Under the pieces are notes generated by a model, which did no database searches, was not told the DNA's origin, and worked only from the letters and a program-made list of their open reading frames with translations. This document shows, in pieces, positions 21,065 through 30,757 of a DNA stretch of 64,000 bases. The DNA lies in assembly GCA_031423495.1 (NCBI GenBank), contig JANPFP010000066.1:26380-90379 (forward strand), given 5' to 3'. Numbering within the stretch: the first letter of the stretch is position 1; each line of letters starts with the position of its first letter. The position numbers were made by a program, and so were the translations under genes. The stretch comes from Acidobacteriota bacterium. GTDB taxonomy: Bacteria; Acidobacteriota; Blastocatellia; RBC074.

Positions 21065-21942
21065 AGGGGTGGTTTTGGGTTTACGTTGCAAGGGAGTTAT
21101 CACCTGATATTTTTTCTGGTCGTTGGTTATTTTCGCGTTGGCGCGAGTAACTTGCTTGCGGGCAAAGCTGTGCCTAGCTCGTCGGATGCGGACGTTGAGC
21201 GCCAAAAGACGAGTAACTAAAAATAGAATTTCGTAAGCTGAAATTTACGCGCGCATAGCAAGTTATGACGCAGGCTTAACGCCAGTGCCACAGCTTGCAC
21301 GGGAAGCGCAGCCGCTTTGATTTTTCAGCTATACGTCGTAAGGATTTCCGAATAACAGGCGGGATGAGTCATTCGGTTAATCGCCAAAAGAGCTTCACAC
21401 TGGTCGCTGAAGCGCGATCTGTTTCGTGAGTGATTGCAATTTGACCGTGAGTTACCAAATTAGCTGCAATTCCCCATACCCTCTGAGCTAGTAGCAGGGA
21501 AGGTCGGGTACGGCGGAAGTTGCAGATAAGTCCAGGGATCGCTGAACGAACAGCGAGGGGATTTTGCGTGACAGGATAATTTGTGGGGATGGGAGATCCC
21601 TAAATTGAGTTACTTAGGGAGAAGAGAGAAAGAAACTTCTCAAATGCGGGGTGGATATTAAGGATGACCTTGAGCGCGGTCAAGAAAATAATACAGCGCC
21701 CCGGACTTTCCCTGACAAACTGCGAGGAATAGTACCTAACCTCATCGCTCACCCGCGCCATTCTTTTGATTTTTCCTTTCCGGTTTCCCTCCCTCTGAAA
21801 ACCAATGACAAATCTCAAATAGAAAATCTCAAATGGAAAATAGCTGCTATCCACGTTCGGAGTCGCTTGAAACGAGCCGCCCACACCCTTTCAATTTTTC
21901 ACCCCTTCAGCCTCTCGCGGTCTCACTGCTATACTGCGGCGC

Positions 21943-22542
21943 ATGCCGACGAACAACCAGACCATCACGGTGGATGGGATGACGCTCACACTCCATTTGC
22001 AGCGCAAGTCCGTGCGCAATATCAACGCGCGGTTGCGCGGCGAAGTGTTGCAGGTCAGCGCCCCGCATAACGTGCCGCAAGAAATGCTCGACGATGTGCT
22101 GCCCGATTTGGCGCGGCGGCTGTTGCGTCGCGTGCGTGCGCGCCAGATCAACGCGAACGACAACCCGCTCGAACTCGCGCGCGAAATCGCCGCGCGCTTT
22201 CCGCATCCGCCGCAAATCAACGAAGTCCTTTTCGTCACCACGCAGGAAGCGCGCTGGGGCAGTTATAGCGGGATGACGCGCACGATCAGGCTGAACGCTA
22301 CGTTGCGGCTGATGCCGCGCTGGGTGCTGGAATCAGTCGTCGCGCACGAACTCGCTCACGTCTTTCACCCCAACCACGGCCCCGCCTTCTGGGCGCTCTG
22401 CCATCGCGTAGACCCGCACGTCGAACGCGCTCGCGCTTTTCTCGCTGGCGTCAGTTGGCTCGGCCATCGCTGGGAATCGTTGCCGCCGGTTGAGCGTTCC
22501 ATCTTGCTGCGCTCTAGCGAATTCGAGGAAGAAAATGATTAG
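21943..22542 (+). CDS. YgjP-like metal-dependent hydrolase (DUF45 / M48-like, HExxH)
   Basis: The motif VVAHELAHVFHPNHGPAFWAL matches the YgjP family signature HELAHL..H..FW. The size of 199 aa is typical. Confidence 0.65.
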   Translation: MPTNNQTITVDGMTLTLHLQRKSVRNINARLRGEVLQVSAPHNVPQEMLDDVLPDLARRLLRRVRARQINANDNPLELAREIAARFPHPPQINEVLFVTTQEARWGSYSGMTRTIRLNATLRLMPRWVLESVVAHELAHVFHPNHGPAFWALCHRVDPHVERARAFLAGVSWLGHRWESLPPVERSILLRSSEFEEEND

Positions 22543-22548
22543 CGGAGT

Positions 22549-23457
22549 TTAGCGAATAAATTTTTCGACGTAAGCCTTTAACTCAGCCATCGAACTATCA
22601 GAAACAATTCGAAAGACGCGGGTTTCTATGTTGGCAGGCAAGTGCAACGCGGTCGCGGCATCGGTAATCACCAGTGCGCTGGAACGCAGCCCGCGCGCCC
22701 AATCAGCTTCGCGCGCGTCGCGGAAGTTCAGCGCATCGCCATCCAACCCAACGGCAATTAACACTGAACGAGCGATCTGCAAAAACGCAGGCCAGTGCGA
22801 AACGATGCTGACGAGTTCATCGGGTGCGGGCGGGCGTTGGCCTTTGAGGGCTTCGGGAATGGAGCGCGTTTTTAACAACAGGCACGCTGTCGTTGGTGGC
22901 AACGTAGCCGTCACCGCTTGCGCCTGACCATAAAGCGCAACAGGTACAGCGCCGACCAGCAGGTTACGGTCTTCGGCATCGGCGAAGCTGGCCGTGGCAA
23001 CACGAAAGCCGGTGGCCTCGGCAATTTCGGCGGCAAGGATTTCGCGCAAGGCGGGGTCAGGGTCGAGTACGAGAAAGTGATCGGGCGGTTGCAAGCGCAG
23101 CCAATGCCGCACACGAGTTTGCACTTGCGCCAATGAAAAACCCTTGCGGCGCGCGACCTCGAGAAATTCGATGATCTGATGATCGAGGTCGAGTTGGGCT
23201 TCGAGCGCGCGCTCGGCTTTGAACGAGCGCACATAAACGCCGCTGCCCGCGCGCATCTCGACCCAGCCAGCATCGGTGAGTTCGGTATAAGCCGCGCTCA
23301 CCGTGTTGGCGTGAATCTTGAAACGCCGCGCCAACTCACGCGTACTCGGCAAACGCTCGCCGGGCTGCAAATCCTGACTCAAAATCGCCAGCTTGATTTG
23401 CGCGGTGAGCTGTTCGCGCAAGGGAACTTCGCTCTCTCGTGATAGCCAAAGTTGCAT
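22549..23457 (-). CDS. GntR-family transcriptional regulator
   Basis: N-terminal HTH: PGERLPSTRELARRFKIHANTVSAAYTELTDAGWVEMRAGSGVYV (GntR winged-helix signature). Confidence 0.7.
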   Translation of the reverse strand: MQLWLSRESEVPLREQLTAQIKLAILSQDLQPGERLPSTRELARRFKIHANTVSAAYTELTDAGWVEMRAGSGVYVRSFKAERALEAQLDLDHQIIEFLEVARRKGFSLAQVQTRVRHWLRLQPPDHFLVLDPDPALREILAAEIAEATGFRVATASFADAEDRNLLVGAVPVALYGQAQAVTATLPPTTACLLLKTRSIPEALKGQRPPAPDELVSIVSHWPAFLQIARSVLIAVGLDGDALNFRDAREADWARGLRSSALVITDAATALHLPANIETRVFRIVSDSSMAELKAYVEKFIR

Positions 23458-23483
23458 GAAAAAAGGTCGGACTGGTGGAAAAG

Positions 23484-24920
23484 CTAGGCCGTTAATTCTG
23501 GAATCACGCGGCCTTCAACGACGGTCGGCACTTCGTTGCGTCCGTTGTGTTTATAAGCCGTCTTGAATTGGTTCAAGCCCATCAAATGCAAGATGGTCGC
23601 GTGAATGTCGTGTACGTGTGCGCGTTTCTCAATCGCCTTGAACCCAATCTCATCCGTAGCGCCGATGATCTGCCCGCCCTTGATGCCTGCGCCCGCCATC
23701 CACATCGAGAAACCCCACGGATTGTGATCGCGTCCGTCGCCTTTTTCGTTAAACGGCGTGCGTCCGAACTCGCCGCCCCAAATGACCAGCGTCGAATCAA
23801 GCAAGCCGCGTCCTTTCAAATCGGCCAACAAGCCCGCAATCGGCAGGTCGCTCGCGCCGCACCATTTTGAATGATTGGCTTCGATGTTCGCGTGCGCATC
23901 CCAGCCGCTGCCCGAACCGGAATAAAGTTGAATGAAGCGTACATCGCGTTCGACCAGACGGCGCGCGAGCAAACACATCGTACCGAACTTGTCGGTCTTC
24001 GCTTCGCCGATGCCGTAAAGTTTTTTGGTGATCTCAGTTTCTTTCGACAGGTCTACGGCTTCAGGCGCAGCGGATTGCATGCGATAGGCGAGTTCATACG
24101 AATTCAACCGAGCGAGCAATTCGGTGTCGTCGGGTTTGTCGGCGGAATAACGTTCGTTGAGTTGTTTGAGAAAATCGAGTTTGCCGCGTTGTTGCGCGTC
24201 GCTCACCGCATCAGGCGGCTTGACGTAATAGACCGGATTCGTACCCGCGCGAAATTGCGTGCCTTGATAAACCGCCGGTAAAAATCCGGCGCTCCAGTTT
24301 TTGGTGCCGCCTAGCACTTCGCCGCCATCTGCCATCACGACGTAAGTCGGCAGGTTCTGATTCGCCGTGCCCAACCCATAAGTCGCCCACGCGCCTAACG
24401 AAGGCCGCCCCGCCAGAATCGAACCCGTATTCATTTGGCAAACGGAGCCTACGTGATTGAGGCCGTCCATCCAGCACGAACGAATGACGGCGAGGTCGTC
24501 TGCGTGCTGGGCAATGTTCGGCAACCAATCGCTCACGGGAATACCGCTTTGCCCGTAATTTTTGAATACGCGCTGACTCGGCATGATCGTATTCGACGCC
24601 GTCCCCATCGCCGTGATCGGACGCCCAAACGACAACGGCATCGGCTGCCCCGCGAGTTTCAATAGTTCAGGTTTGGGGTCGAACGTGTCTATATGCGAAG
24701 GCCCGCCTTCCAAAAACAACCAGATGACCGATTTGGCGCGCGGCGTGTGATGCGGCTTTTTCGCGGCGAGCGGATCAAGCCGGTTGCCCTCAGCAGCGAA
24801 TCCGTCTGTGCCGAGGATAGAAGACAACGCGAGCGCAGAAAGTCCGGCGCTGGTTTGTTGCAAGAAGTGGCGACGGTGCAGAAAGTGATGTTGAGCAGAA
24901 TCAAGTAAATCAGCTTTCAT
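23484..24920 (-). CDS. DUF1501 family protein (sulfatase-like fold), Tat signal
   Basis: Tat motif [20 protein letters not shown], and DUF1501-type sequence throughout. The track start at 24986 reads through one arm of a 31-bp inverted repeat; the second Met (MKADLLDS, 24920) is preferred. Confidence 0.75.
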   Translation of the reverse strand: MKADLLDSAQHHFLHRRHFLQQTSAGLSALALSSILGTDGFAAEGNRLDPLAAKKPHHTPRAKSVIWLFLEGGPSHIDTFDPKPELLKLAGQPMPLSFGRPITAMGTASNTIMPSQRVFKNYGQSGIPVSDWLPNIAQHADDLAVIRSCWMDGLNHVGSVCQMNTGSILAGRPSLGAWATYGLGTANQNLPTYVVMADGGEVLGGTKNWSAGFLPAVYQGTQFRAGTNPVYYVKPPDAVSDAQQRGKLDFLKQLNERYSADKPDDTELLARLNSYELAYRMQSAAPEAVDLSKETEITKKLYGIGEAKTDKFGTMCLLARRLVERDVRFIQLYSGSGSGWDAHANIEANHSKWCGASDLPIAGLLADLKGRGLLDSTLVIWGGEFGRTPFNEKGDGRDHNPWGFSMWMAGAGIKGGQIIGATDEIGFKAIEKRAHVHDIHATILHLMGLNQFKTAYKHNGRNEVPTVVEGRVIPELTA

Positions 24921-24950
24921 ACTATTTCTCGTTTGGGTATCAACTGCCGT

Positions 24951-25051
24951 GTCAGTAGCCCGCGCGTAAGCAAGGGCTGCCTTCAAAATGTGTGCCTTGC
25001 AGCAACGGGCGCAAACTAGAGGCAGCCCTTGCTTACGCGCGGGCTACTGAC
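24951..25051. promoter_or_regulatory. Perfect 31-bp inverted repeat (gtcagtagcccgcgcgtaagcaagggctgcc / ggcagcccttgcttacgcgcgggctactgac) with a 39-nt spacer, lying between the DUF1549/1553 gene and the DUF1501 gene.
   Basis: Read directly from the sequence: stems at 24951–24981 and 25021–25051. Confidence 0.6.
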
Positions 25052-25061
25052 ACGCGGCCAA

Positions 25062-27260
25062 TCAATTCACGTAAACAAACTCGTTTGCATTCAACAGCGC
25101 GTGGCAAAAATCGGTCAACGCCGCCGGACGTGCGCCTAGCAAGGTCGTTTGCTTTTGAATGAACTCACGCGCGGCTTGCCGTTCGTCAGTTGCAGGCATG
25201 CGCGCCAACGCCAAGCGATAAGCCAGCGTAACTTGCGCATCCAAATCTTCGCCCGCCGTGCGTTGCACTCGTTCGGCAAAGGCTTGCGCAGCCGCCAAGA
25301 TCGTTTTGTCGTTCAACAGATTCAACGCTTGTGGCGCAGTCGTCGTGACCGAACGCCTGCCGCAGCTTTCGTGCGTATCGGGCATATCGAACGCCTGAAA
25401 CAGCGGATAGCGTGAGTTGCGCCGCACGAAGGCGTAAATGCTGCGGCGATTTTTGTTGGCTTCGGTTTCTTTGCGGTTCCAGCCGCCACGCACTTCCATC
25501 TCTTTGGGAATTTCAGGGAAGATCGAGGGGCCATACATCTGTTCATTCAACGTGCCGCTCACGCGCAACACCGCATCGCGGATTTCTTCGCCGCTCAAGC
25601 GCGCGCGGCGAAAGCGCCATAGCAAATTGTTGTCAGGATCAACCTGCGCGGCCTGTTCGTTAAACGTTGCGGCCTGTTGATAAGCATTCGACAGCATCAT
25701 CAGTCGGTGCATTCGCTTGAGGCTCCAGCCCTGTTCGACAAAAGTTGCCGCCAGCCAATCCAATAACTCAGAGTGCGTTTCGGTTTCGCGCATCTTTCCA
25801 AAATCGTTGGGCGAACCCACGATGCCGCGTCCGAAATGGTGATGCCAGAGGCGATTGACCATCACGCGCGCGACCAAAGGATTTTTCGGATCAGTCAGCC
25901 AGTTCGCCAACGCAGTGCGGCGTCCGGTCGAGACGACTTTGCCGCACGGTTCAACCTGCGCGTCACGCGGTTCGATGATCGTCAGATAACCGGGCTGAAC
26001 TTCTGCGCCGTAATTGTCATAGCCGCCGCCATTGAGCAAAAAGTGTTTCGGCGCTTCGAGGCCTACGTCAGTGATGCCCGAACCCAGCGGCAGCGGCGCG
26101 GGTTTGCTCGCATCAAATTTTGCCAACTCAGTCCGCAAGGCTTCCCACTGTTTTTTCTGTTCGCCTTTCAGCTTTTGCGCAACGCCGTTGCCGTCTTCGT
26201 CTACGCCGTAATTCAACTGCCATTGCGCCTTGTGATACATCAGCCATTGCATCGTGTCGCGCTTTGCTGCTGGCGTATTCACCGCCAATTGAATCTCTGC
26301 CGGATACTTGTCGAAGTTGTCGTCATAGATCGCTTTGCGCGCGACGGCTTCGAGTTTATCGAGTTGTTCTTGCAAGTCTTTGGTTTGGGCTTCCCACGCG
26401 GCGCGCTTGCGGGCGTAATCATCCTGCTCTGCTTTCGACACCAATACGTAATCATCTTTTGCGCGCGTCGCAGCAAAGAAAGCCTGCAAGCGGTAATAGT
26501 CTTTCTGCAACACCGGATCGTATTTGTGATCGTGGCAGCGCGCGCAGGCATAAGTCGTACCGAGCAAGGCCGCGCCGACCGTATCAGTGATGTCGTTCAA
26601 AATTTCCTGCCGCCGCTGCATCAAATTGCGCGCATTGTATTCATCGGGGTAATGCCGATTGAAACCCGTGGCGACCAATGCTTCAGGGTCATCCGGCCAC
26701 AACTCATCGCCCGCGATTTGTTCTTTGATGAAGCGGTCGTAAGGCTTATCGGCATTGAACGCGCGAATCACATAATCACGATAACGCCACACGTGAGGCC
26801 GCGTGTCGTCGGCTTTGAATCCGTCGCTCTCGGCGTAACGCGCTACGTCAAGCCAATGCCGCGCCCACTTCTCGCCGTAACGCGGACTCGCCAGCAAGCG
26901 ATCAACGACACGCTCAAACGCTTTCGGCGAACGGTCGTTGACGAAAGCGTCAACCTCTTCCGGCGTAGGCGGCAAGCCCGTCAAATCAAACGTAGCCCGT
27001 CGCAACAGCGTCACCTTGTCCGCCGCTGCGGCAGGCTTGAGCGCACTGGCTTCGAGTTTTTGCAGGATGAAAGCGTCTACCGGCGACTTGATCCACGTGC
27101 GCTTCTTAACCGCAGGCACGGCGGGTTTGGTGACAGGCTTATAAGCCCAATGGCTCAGATGCTCTTTGGTGAAAGCCGCATGATCGGCGAGTGTCAATAC
27201 ACCACAACCCAACGCAACCAACGCGGCGAGCAAGGCTTTGAAGCGAAAAGAGACGCGCAT
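25062..27260 (-). CDS. DUF1549 + DUF1553 domain protein (PSD1-type), with signal peptide
   Basis: CARCHDHKYDP (the DUF1549 motif), and a C-terminal DUF1553-like region ...[39 protein letters not shown]. It forms the typical pair with the downstream DUF1501 gene. Confidence 0.8.
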   Translation of the reverse strand: MRVSFRFKALLAALVALGCGVLTLADHAAFTKEHLSHWAYKPVTKPAVPAVKKRTWIKSPVDAFILQKLEASALKPAAAADKVTLLRRATFDLTGLPPTPEEVDAFVNDRSPKAFERVVDRLLASPRYGEKWARHWLDVARYAESDGFKADDTRPHVWRYRDYVIRAFNADKPYDRFIKEQIAGDELWPDDPEALVATGFNRHYPDEYNARNLMQRRQEILNDITDTVGAALLGTTYACARCHDHKYDPVLQKDYYRLQAFFAATRAKDDYVLVSKAEQDDYARKRAAWEAQTKDLQEQLDKLEAVARKAIYDDNFDKYPAEIQLAVNTPAAKRDTMQWLMYHKAQWQLNYGVDEDGNGVAQKLKGEQKKQWEALRTELAKFDASKPAPLPLGSGITDVGLEAPKHFLLNGGGYDNYGAEVQPGYLTIIEPRDAQVEPCGKVVSTGRRTALANWLTDPKNPLVARVMVNRLWHHHFGRGIVGSPNDFGKMRETETHSELLDWLAATFVEQGWSLKRMHRLMMLSNAYQQAATFNEQAAQVDPDNNLLWRFRRARLSGEEIRDAVLRVSGTLNEQMYGPSIFPEIPKEMEVRGGWNRKETEANKNRRSIYAFVRRNSRYPLFQAFDMPDTHESCGRRSVTTTAPQALNLLNDKTILAAAQAFAERVQRTAGEDLDAQVTLAYRLALARMPATDERQAAREFIQKQTTLLGARPAALTDFCHALLNANEFVYVN

Positions 27261-27417
27261 AATTTTTTCTCCGGTGACAAAGGCAGGAATCCGTTTAACG
27301 ACGCGGCGGATTTTAGGCGGAGCTTGGCAGAAACGCTAGCGAAAGTGGCGATAATTATCGCGGTTAGCGGTGGGACTGATGACAGCTTCTCTTTCTATAT
27401 GAGTTAGGCGAGATGAG

Positions 27418-28758
27418 TTAGGTTGATCTTCCATCGCCGTCATAAAAGCCCGCGCGGCGATAAGATTCGTCGAGCATCTCTACGACGTGTTTGACTTCGC
27501 ACGAGGCGTCGAACATCCGCACGCCCGCGCCGAGTTGCATGTGGCAGCCGGGGTTGGCCGTGACCAGCGTGTCTGCGCCGGTGGCTTTCACTTTATGAAT
27601 CTTGTCTGAGAGCAGCGCCTCTGACATTTCGGGTTCGCTGAGGTTGTAAATGCCCGCGCCGCCGCAGCAATCCTGAAAGCCCGCGAGTTGTTTGTATTCA
27701 AGTCCCGGAATCGTTTGCAGCACTTTTTGCGGCGCGGTTTGTACGCGCTGGGCGTGATAGAGGTGGCACGGCGCGTCGTATGTCACGGTTTGATTGAGTT
27801 CCGCACCGGCCTTGATTTCGCCGTCTGCTAAAAACTCCGTCACGTCTTTGACGCGCGCGGCAAAGGCTTTTGCGCGTTCGGCATAGGCTTCATCGTGCTT
27901 GAGCAATTCGCCGTATTCTTTTAACAGCGCGCCGCAACCCGCTGCGTTGATGATGATCGTGGCGTTGGCGGCTTCATGCTCGAAGGCTTCAATGTTGCGC
28001 CGCGCGAGTTGGCGTGCAGTGTCGAGTTCGCCCGAATGCGCGTGCAATGCGCCGCAACAGGCTTGCGCGCCCACGTGTTGATTGCGCGCCCCGTTCACCG
28101 CCAGCACGCGCGTCGTCGCGTCGTTGACGTGCTTGAATAAACCTTCCATCACACAACCGGTGAACACTGAAACGGCCCGCGGTTTCGTCGTCTGGCATTG
28201 CGCCGCATCGCGCCGCGTCGCTTTACCGGTCGGGCGCGTCGTATCCAACAACGAAAACGCAAAATCCATTTGCGCTGATTGCCGTTTCAAAAAGCCCGAA
28301 CGCAAAGCCCACTTCGTCAGTGGAAAGCTGCGCACGAGGCGCAACAATAAAAAGTTCAACCGCAAGCGCCACGGATAAGGAAACATATGCCGCAACGCCA
28401 GCTTCAACATGCTTTTCTGAAACAAGCCGCCCCGCTTGGTTGGATTGGCAGTTTTTTGTTTGAGCAAATCTTCGCGCGCGGCCTCGAGCAGGAAGCCGTA
28501 ATTCACGCCCGCCGGACAAGCCGTTTCGCACGCGCGGCAACCCAGACATAAATCAATGTGTTTTTGATAAGCGGGCGAACTGGCTTCGAGACGGCCTTCG
28601 GCGACGGCTCGCATCAGGTAAATGCGTCCGCGCGGACTGTCGTTTTCGTTGCCCAGTTGCTGATAGGTCGGACACGCAGGCAAGCACAGGCCGCAATGTA
28701 TGCAGCCCAATAGCTTGTCGGTTTCGTTCTGTAATGCGGTGGTTAGTCCAGTACTCAT
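27418..28758 (-). CDS. glcF: Fe-S oxidoreductase, glycolate oxidase iron-sulfur subunit GlcF-like
   Basis: Two CxxCxxCxxxCP ferredoxin motifs (CIHCGLCLPACPTY, CLGCRACETACPAG) plus C-terminal CCG-type cysteine-rich domains. The track's N-terminal extension (LLPFAFCLL) comes from the heptamer repeat; start set at MSTGL (28758). Confidence 0.75.
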   Translation of the reverse strand: MSTGLTTALQNETDKLLGCIHCGLCLPACPTYQQLGNENDSPRGRIYLMRAVAEGRLEASSPAYQKHIDLCLGCRACETACPAGVNYGFLLEAAREDLLKQKTANPTKRGGLFQKSMLKLALRHMFPYPWRLRLNFLLLRLVRSFPLTKWALRSGFLKRQSAQMDFAFSLLDTTRPTGKATRRDAAQCQTTKPRAVSVFTGCVMEGLFKHVNDATTRVLAVNGARNQHVGAQACCGALHAHSGELDTARQLARRNIEAFEHEAANATIIINAAGCGALLKEYGELLKHDEAYAERAKAFAARVKDVTEFLADGEIKAGAELNQTVTYDAPCHLYHAQRVQTAPQKVLQTIPGLEYKQLAGFQDCCGGAGIYNLSEPEMSEALLSDKIHKVKATGADTLVTANPGCHMQLGAGVRMFDASCEVKHVVEMLDESYRRAGFYDGDGRST

Positions 28759-28763
28759 TGAAA

Positions 28764-28880
28764 TCAAAAGGCAAAAGGCAAAAGGCAAAAGGCAAAAGTG
28801 AAGAACCGCACGCAAGGTAAAAATAAAAGAGAGCAAGTGCCGCCCTTTTGATTTTTGCCTTTTGCCTTTTGCCTTTTGAT
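28764..28880. repeat. Inverted pair of heptamer arrays (AAAAGGC)x4–5 and (GCCTTTT)x4 flanking a 46-nt core; copy 1 of a dispersed element
   Basis: Read directly from the sequence: 28764–28798 atcaaaaggcaaaaggcaaaaggcaaaaggcaaaag and 28845–28880 cttttgatttttgccttttgccttttgccttttgat. It lies between the glcE-like stop and the glcF start. Confidence 0.8.
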
Positions 28881-28905
28881 TTTTTCCATCGTCAAGAGTG
28901 AGAGC

Positions 28906-30294
28906 TTATAGCCCCGCCACAAATCGCCCGAAATTCAGCCGATTGTGCGGGTCGTATTGTTTTTTCAAGCCTTGCATCAACGTCGTCGTAGCGCCCGCGT
29001 CGCCCCATACGTCGAGTTGATTTTTGAGTTCGTCGGGTGCGCGCAAGATGACCATGTGTCCGCCGTTTTGTTTGGCGAATTCGCGCAACTCAAGCAACAG
29101 CTTGAACTGATGTTTGCTGCGTAACTCGCTTAACAAATCGGCGCTGCCGTGAATGCGCAGCACGCCGTTGGCCGCGTGCGCGCGCAACATCGCCGTCGGC
29201 ATCAGGCGTTGCGCGGTTTCAATCAGCTTCCCCAAATCAGTCGGCAACGCGACGGCGCGCAAACTGAAACAGCGTTCGTCGCTGGTTTCGCTGGTGTAAT
29301 AGTCGTGCCAAAACGTACTTGCGTCCGTGCTGCTCAACACCGTATTCGCCATGCCATTGCCCAACCGCGCGGCTTCGCCGGTTTGCCACGCGACGGTTTC
29401 CTGCTCTTCGTTGACATAACGCAACACGAGCGCGAAACGGTTTTCATCAATCGGTAAGCCGGATTGTGGCGAAAGCAATTCGGTCGCGGTGGGTTGCAAG
29501 TCTGACTCGGTGAGCCGCGCCATCAAGGCGCACAGCGTCGCCGCATCGTTCGCGTAAAAGACTTGCGTCGCATCGGCTTGCGGCAAGGCGCGCATCTTGA
29601 AAAATAACTCAGCCAGAATGACCAGCGTGCCGAAACTGCCTGTATAAAGTTTGCAGAGTTCGTAACCGGCTACGTTTTTGACGACCTTGCCGCCCGCGCT
29701 GGTGATTGTTCCATCGGCGTGTACGACGCGGCATCCGACCAGCCAGTCGCGGGGCGTGCCGTAACCCGCGCGCAAAGGCCCATAACTCGCAGTCGCCACC
29801 GTCGCGCCAATCGTCGAGCGTTCGTCACCAAACGGGTCGAGCGGCAAAAACTGATTGTGTTCTGCCGCGCGCAAATTGAAATCGCGCAAGCTGACACCGG
29901 CTTCAACGGAACACGTCAAATCGGCGGGTTCGTATTCAAGCACGCACGCCATCTTCGCCGTCGAAACGATCAGATGAAATTGCACGATGGCGTTGCCCAT
30001 TTCGAGCCAAGTACCCGCTCCCGCCGGAGCTACGCGCCAATTGGATTCGTGCGCGAGTTTCATCATCGCGCTCAGTTCTTCGATATTGTGCGGATAGGCG
30101 ATAACGCGAGTTTCTGCTTCGCCGAGGCGAAAGGCGTTGCCGTGAGTTTGCGTGACGCGGTCTGCGCCGAAGGCCTCGGCTAATCGTTGCGCAACTGCCG
30201 CTGGCGTGACCGAAGGCACAGCCGTCAGGCTCGAACTTTCCATAAGATTCAGTGTTTGGAGTAATGCAGAATAGTTGATGAGTGATGTCATCAA
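28906..30294 (-). CDS. glcE: FAD-binding oxidoreductase, glycolate oxidase FAD-binding subunit GlcE-like
   Basis: GGKVVKNVAGYELCKLYTGSFGTLVILAELFFKMRALP matches the GlcE region GGEVMKNVAGYDLSRLMVGSYGCLGVL. It sits directly upstream of glcF on the same strand. Confidence 0.65.
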   Translation of the reverse strand: MMTSLINYSALLQTLNLMESSSLTAVPSVTPAAVAQRLAEAFGADRVTQTHGNAFRLGEAETRVIAYPHNIEELSAMMKLAHESNWRVAPAGAGTWLEMGNAIVQFHLIVSTAKMACVLEYEPADLTCSVEAGVSLRDFNLRAAEHNQFLPLDPFGDERSTIGATVATASYGPLRAGYGTPRDWLVGCRVVHADGTITSAGGKVVKNVAGYELCKLYTGSFGTLVILAELFFKMRALPQADATQVFYANDAATLCALMARLTESDLQPTATELLSPQSGLPIDENRFALVLRYVNEEQETVAWQTGEAARLGNGMANTVLSSTDASTFWHDYYTSETSDERCFSLRAVALPTDLGKLIETAQRLMPTAMLRAHAANGVLRIHGSADLLSELRSKHQFKLLLELREFAKQNGGHMVILRAPDELKNQLDVWGDAGATTTLMQGLKKQYDPHNRLNFGRFVAGL

Positions 30295-30315
30295 CAGGCC
30301 GATTTTATAGCACGC

Positions 30316-30672
30316 TCACGCCGTTTGTGCGAGCGCGTCGCGCAACGCATCTATTGCCAGCAAGGCGCAATGTTCTTTGTTGCGCGGCAATCCGCCTAGC
30401 GCCTGCTTGAGGTCAATTGGTTTTATTTGTCGCGCGTTGGCGACCGATTGATGGATGAGCATTTCGGTCAACAACGAAGCAGCCGCAATGCATGGCGGGC
30501 AGCATTGCGCTTCAAAACTGGCGGCGATGATTTGATCGTCTGCGAGTTTGAGATAAAGGTTCAACAGGTCACCGCACACCGGATTGGTCGCTGTGCCTTT
30601 GTGCGTAGCGTCAGGCAATGTGCCGGTGTTGCGCGGGTTGTCGAGATGGTCGAGGACAGTGGGTGAATACAT
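30316..30672 (-). CDS. NifU/IscU-like Fe-S cluster assembly scaffold protein
   Basis: Three conserved Cys contexts: NPVCGDLLNL, QCCPPCIAAASLLTE, KEHCALLAIDAL. Size 118 aa. Confidence 0.75.
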   Translation of the reverse strand: MYSPTVLDHLDNPRNTGTLPDATHKGTATNPVCGDLLNLYLKLADDQIIAASFEAQCCPPCIAAASLLTEMLIHQSVANARQIKPIDLKQALGGLPRNKEHCALLAIDALRDALAQTA

Positions 30673-30757
30673 AAATTAAGGCGGTTGAATTATCGTACAC
30701 CGAAGCTCAGCACTCGATTGACGTGCTTGCCATCGAACGCGATGTCTTGCGCCTTGT

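Noticed and set aside
20862-21107. 81-aa plus-strand ORF overlapping the adhesin start
   Set aside because: Antisense to the adhesin N-terminus and signal peptide, with no support.
21651-22241. Small ORFs in the divergent intergenic region and antisense to ygjP
   Set aside because: They overlap the better-supported YgjP-like gene or lie in promoter DNA; the translations are low-complexity.
24921-24986. N-terminal extension MKAALAYARATDTAVDTQTRNS on DUF1501
   Set aside because: It is encoded by one arm of the perfect 31-bp inverted repeat. The second Met gives a canonical Tat signal.
25773-27407. 544-aa plus-strand ORF
   Set aside because: Antisense to the well-supported DUF1549/DUF1553 gene; the translation is not protein-like.
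28759-28836. N-terminal extension [26 protein letters not shown] on GlcF-like
   Set aside because: This is translation through the GCCTTTT heptamer array. GlcF homologues begin at the MSTGL…CxxCxxC region.
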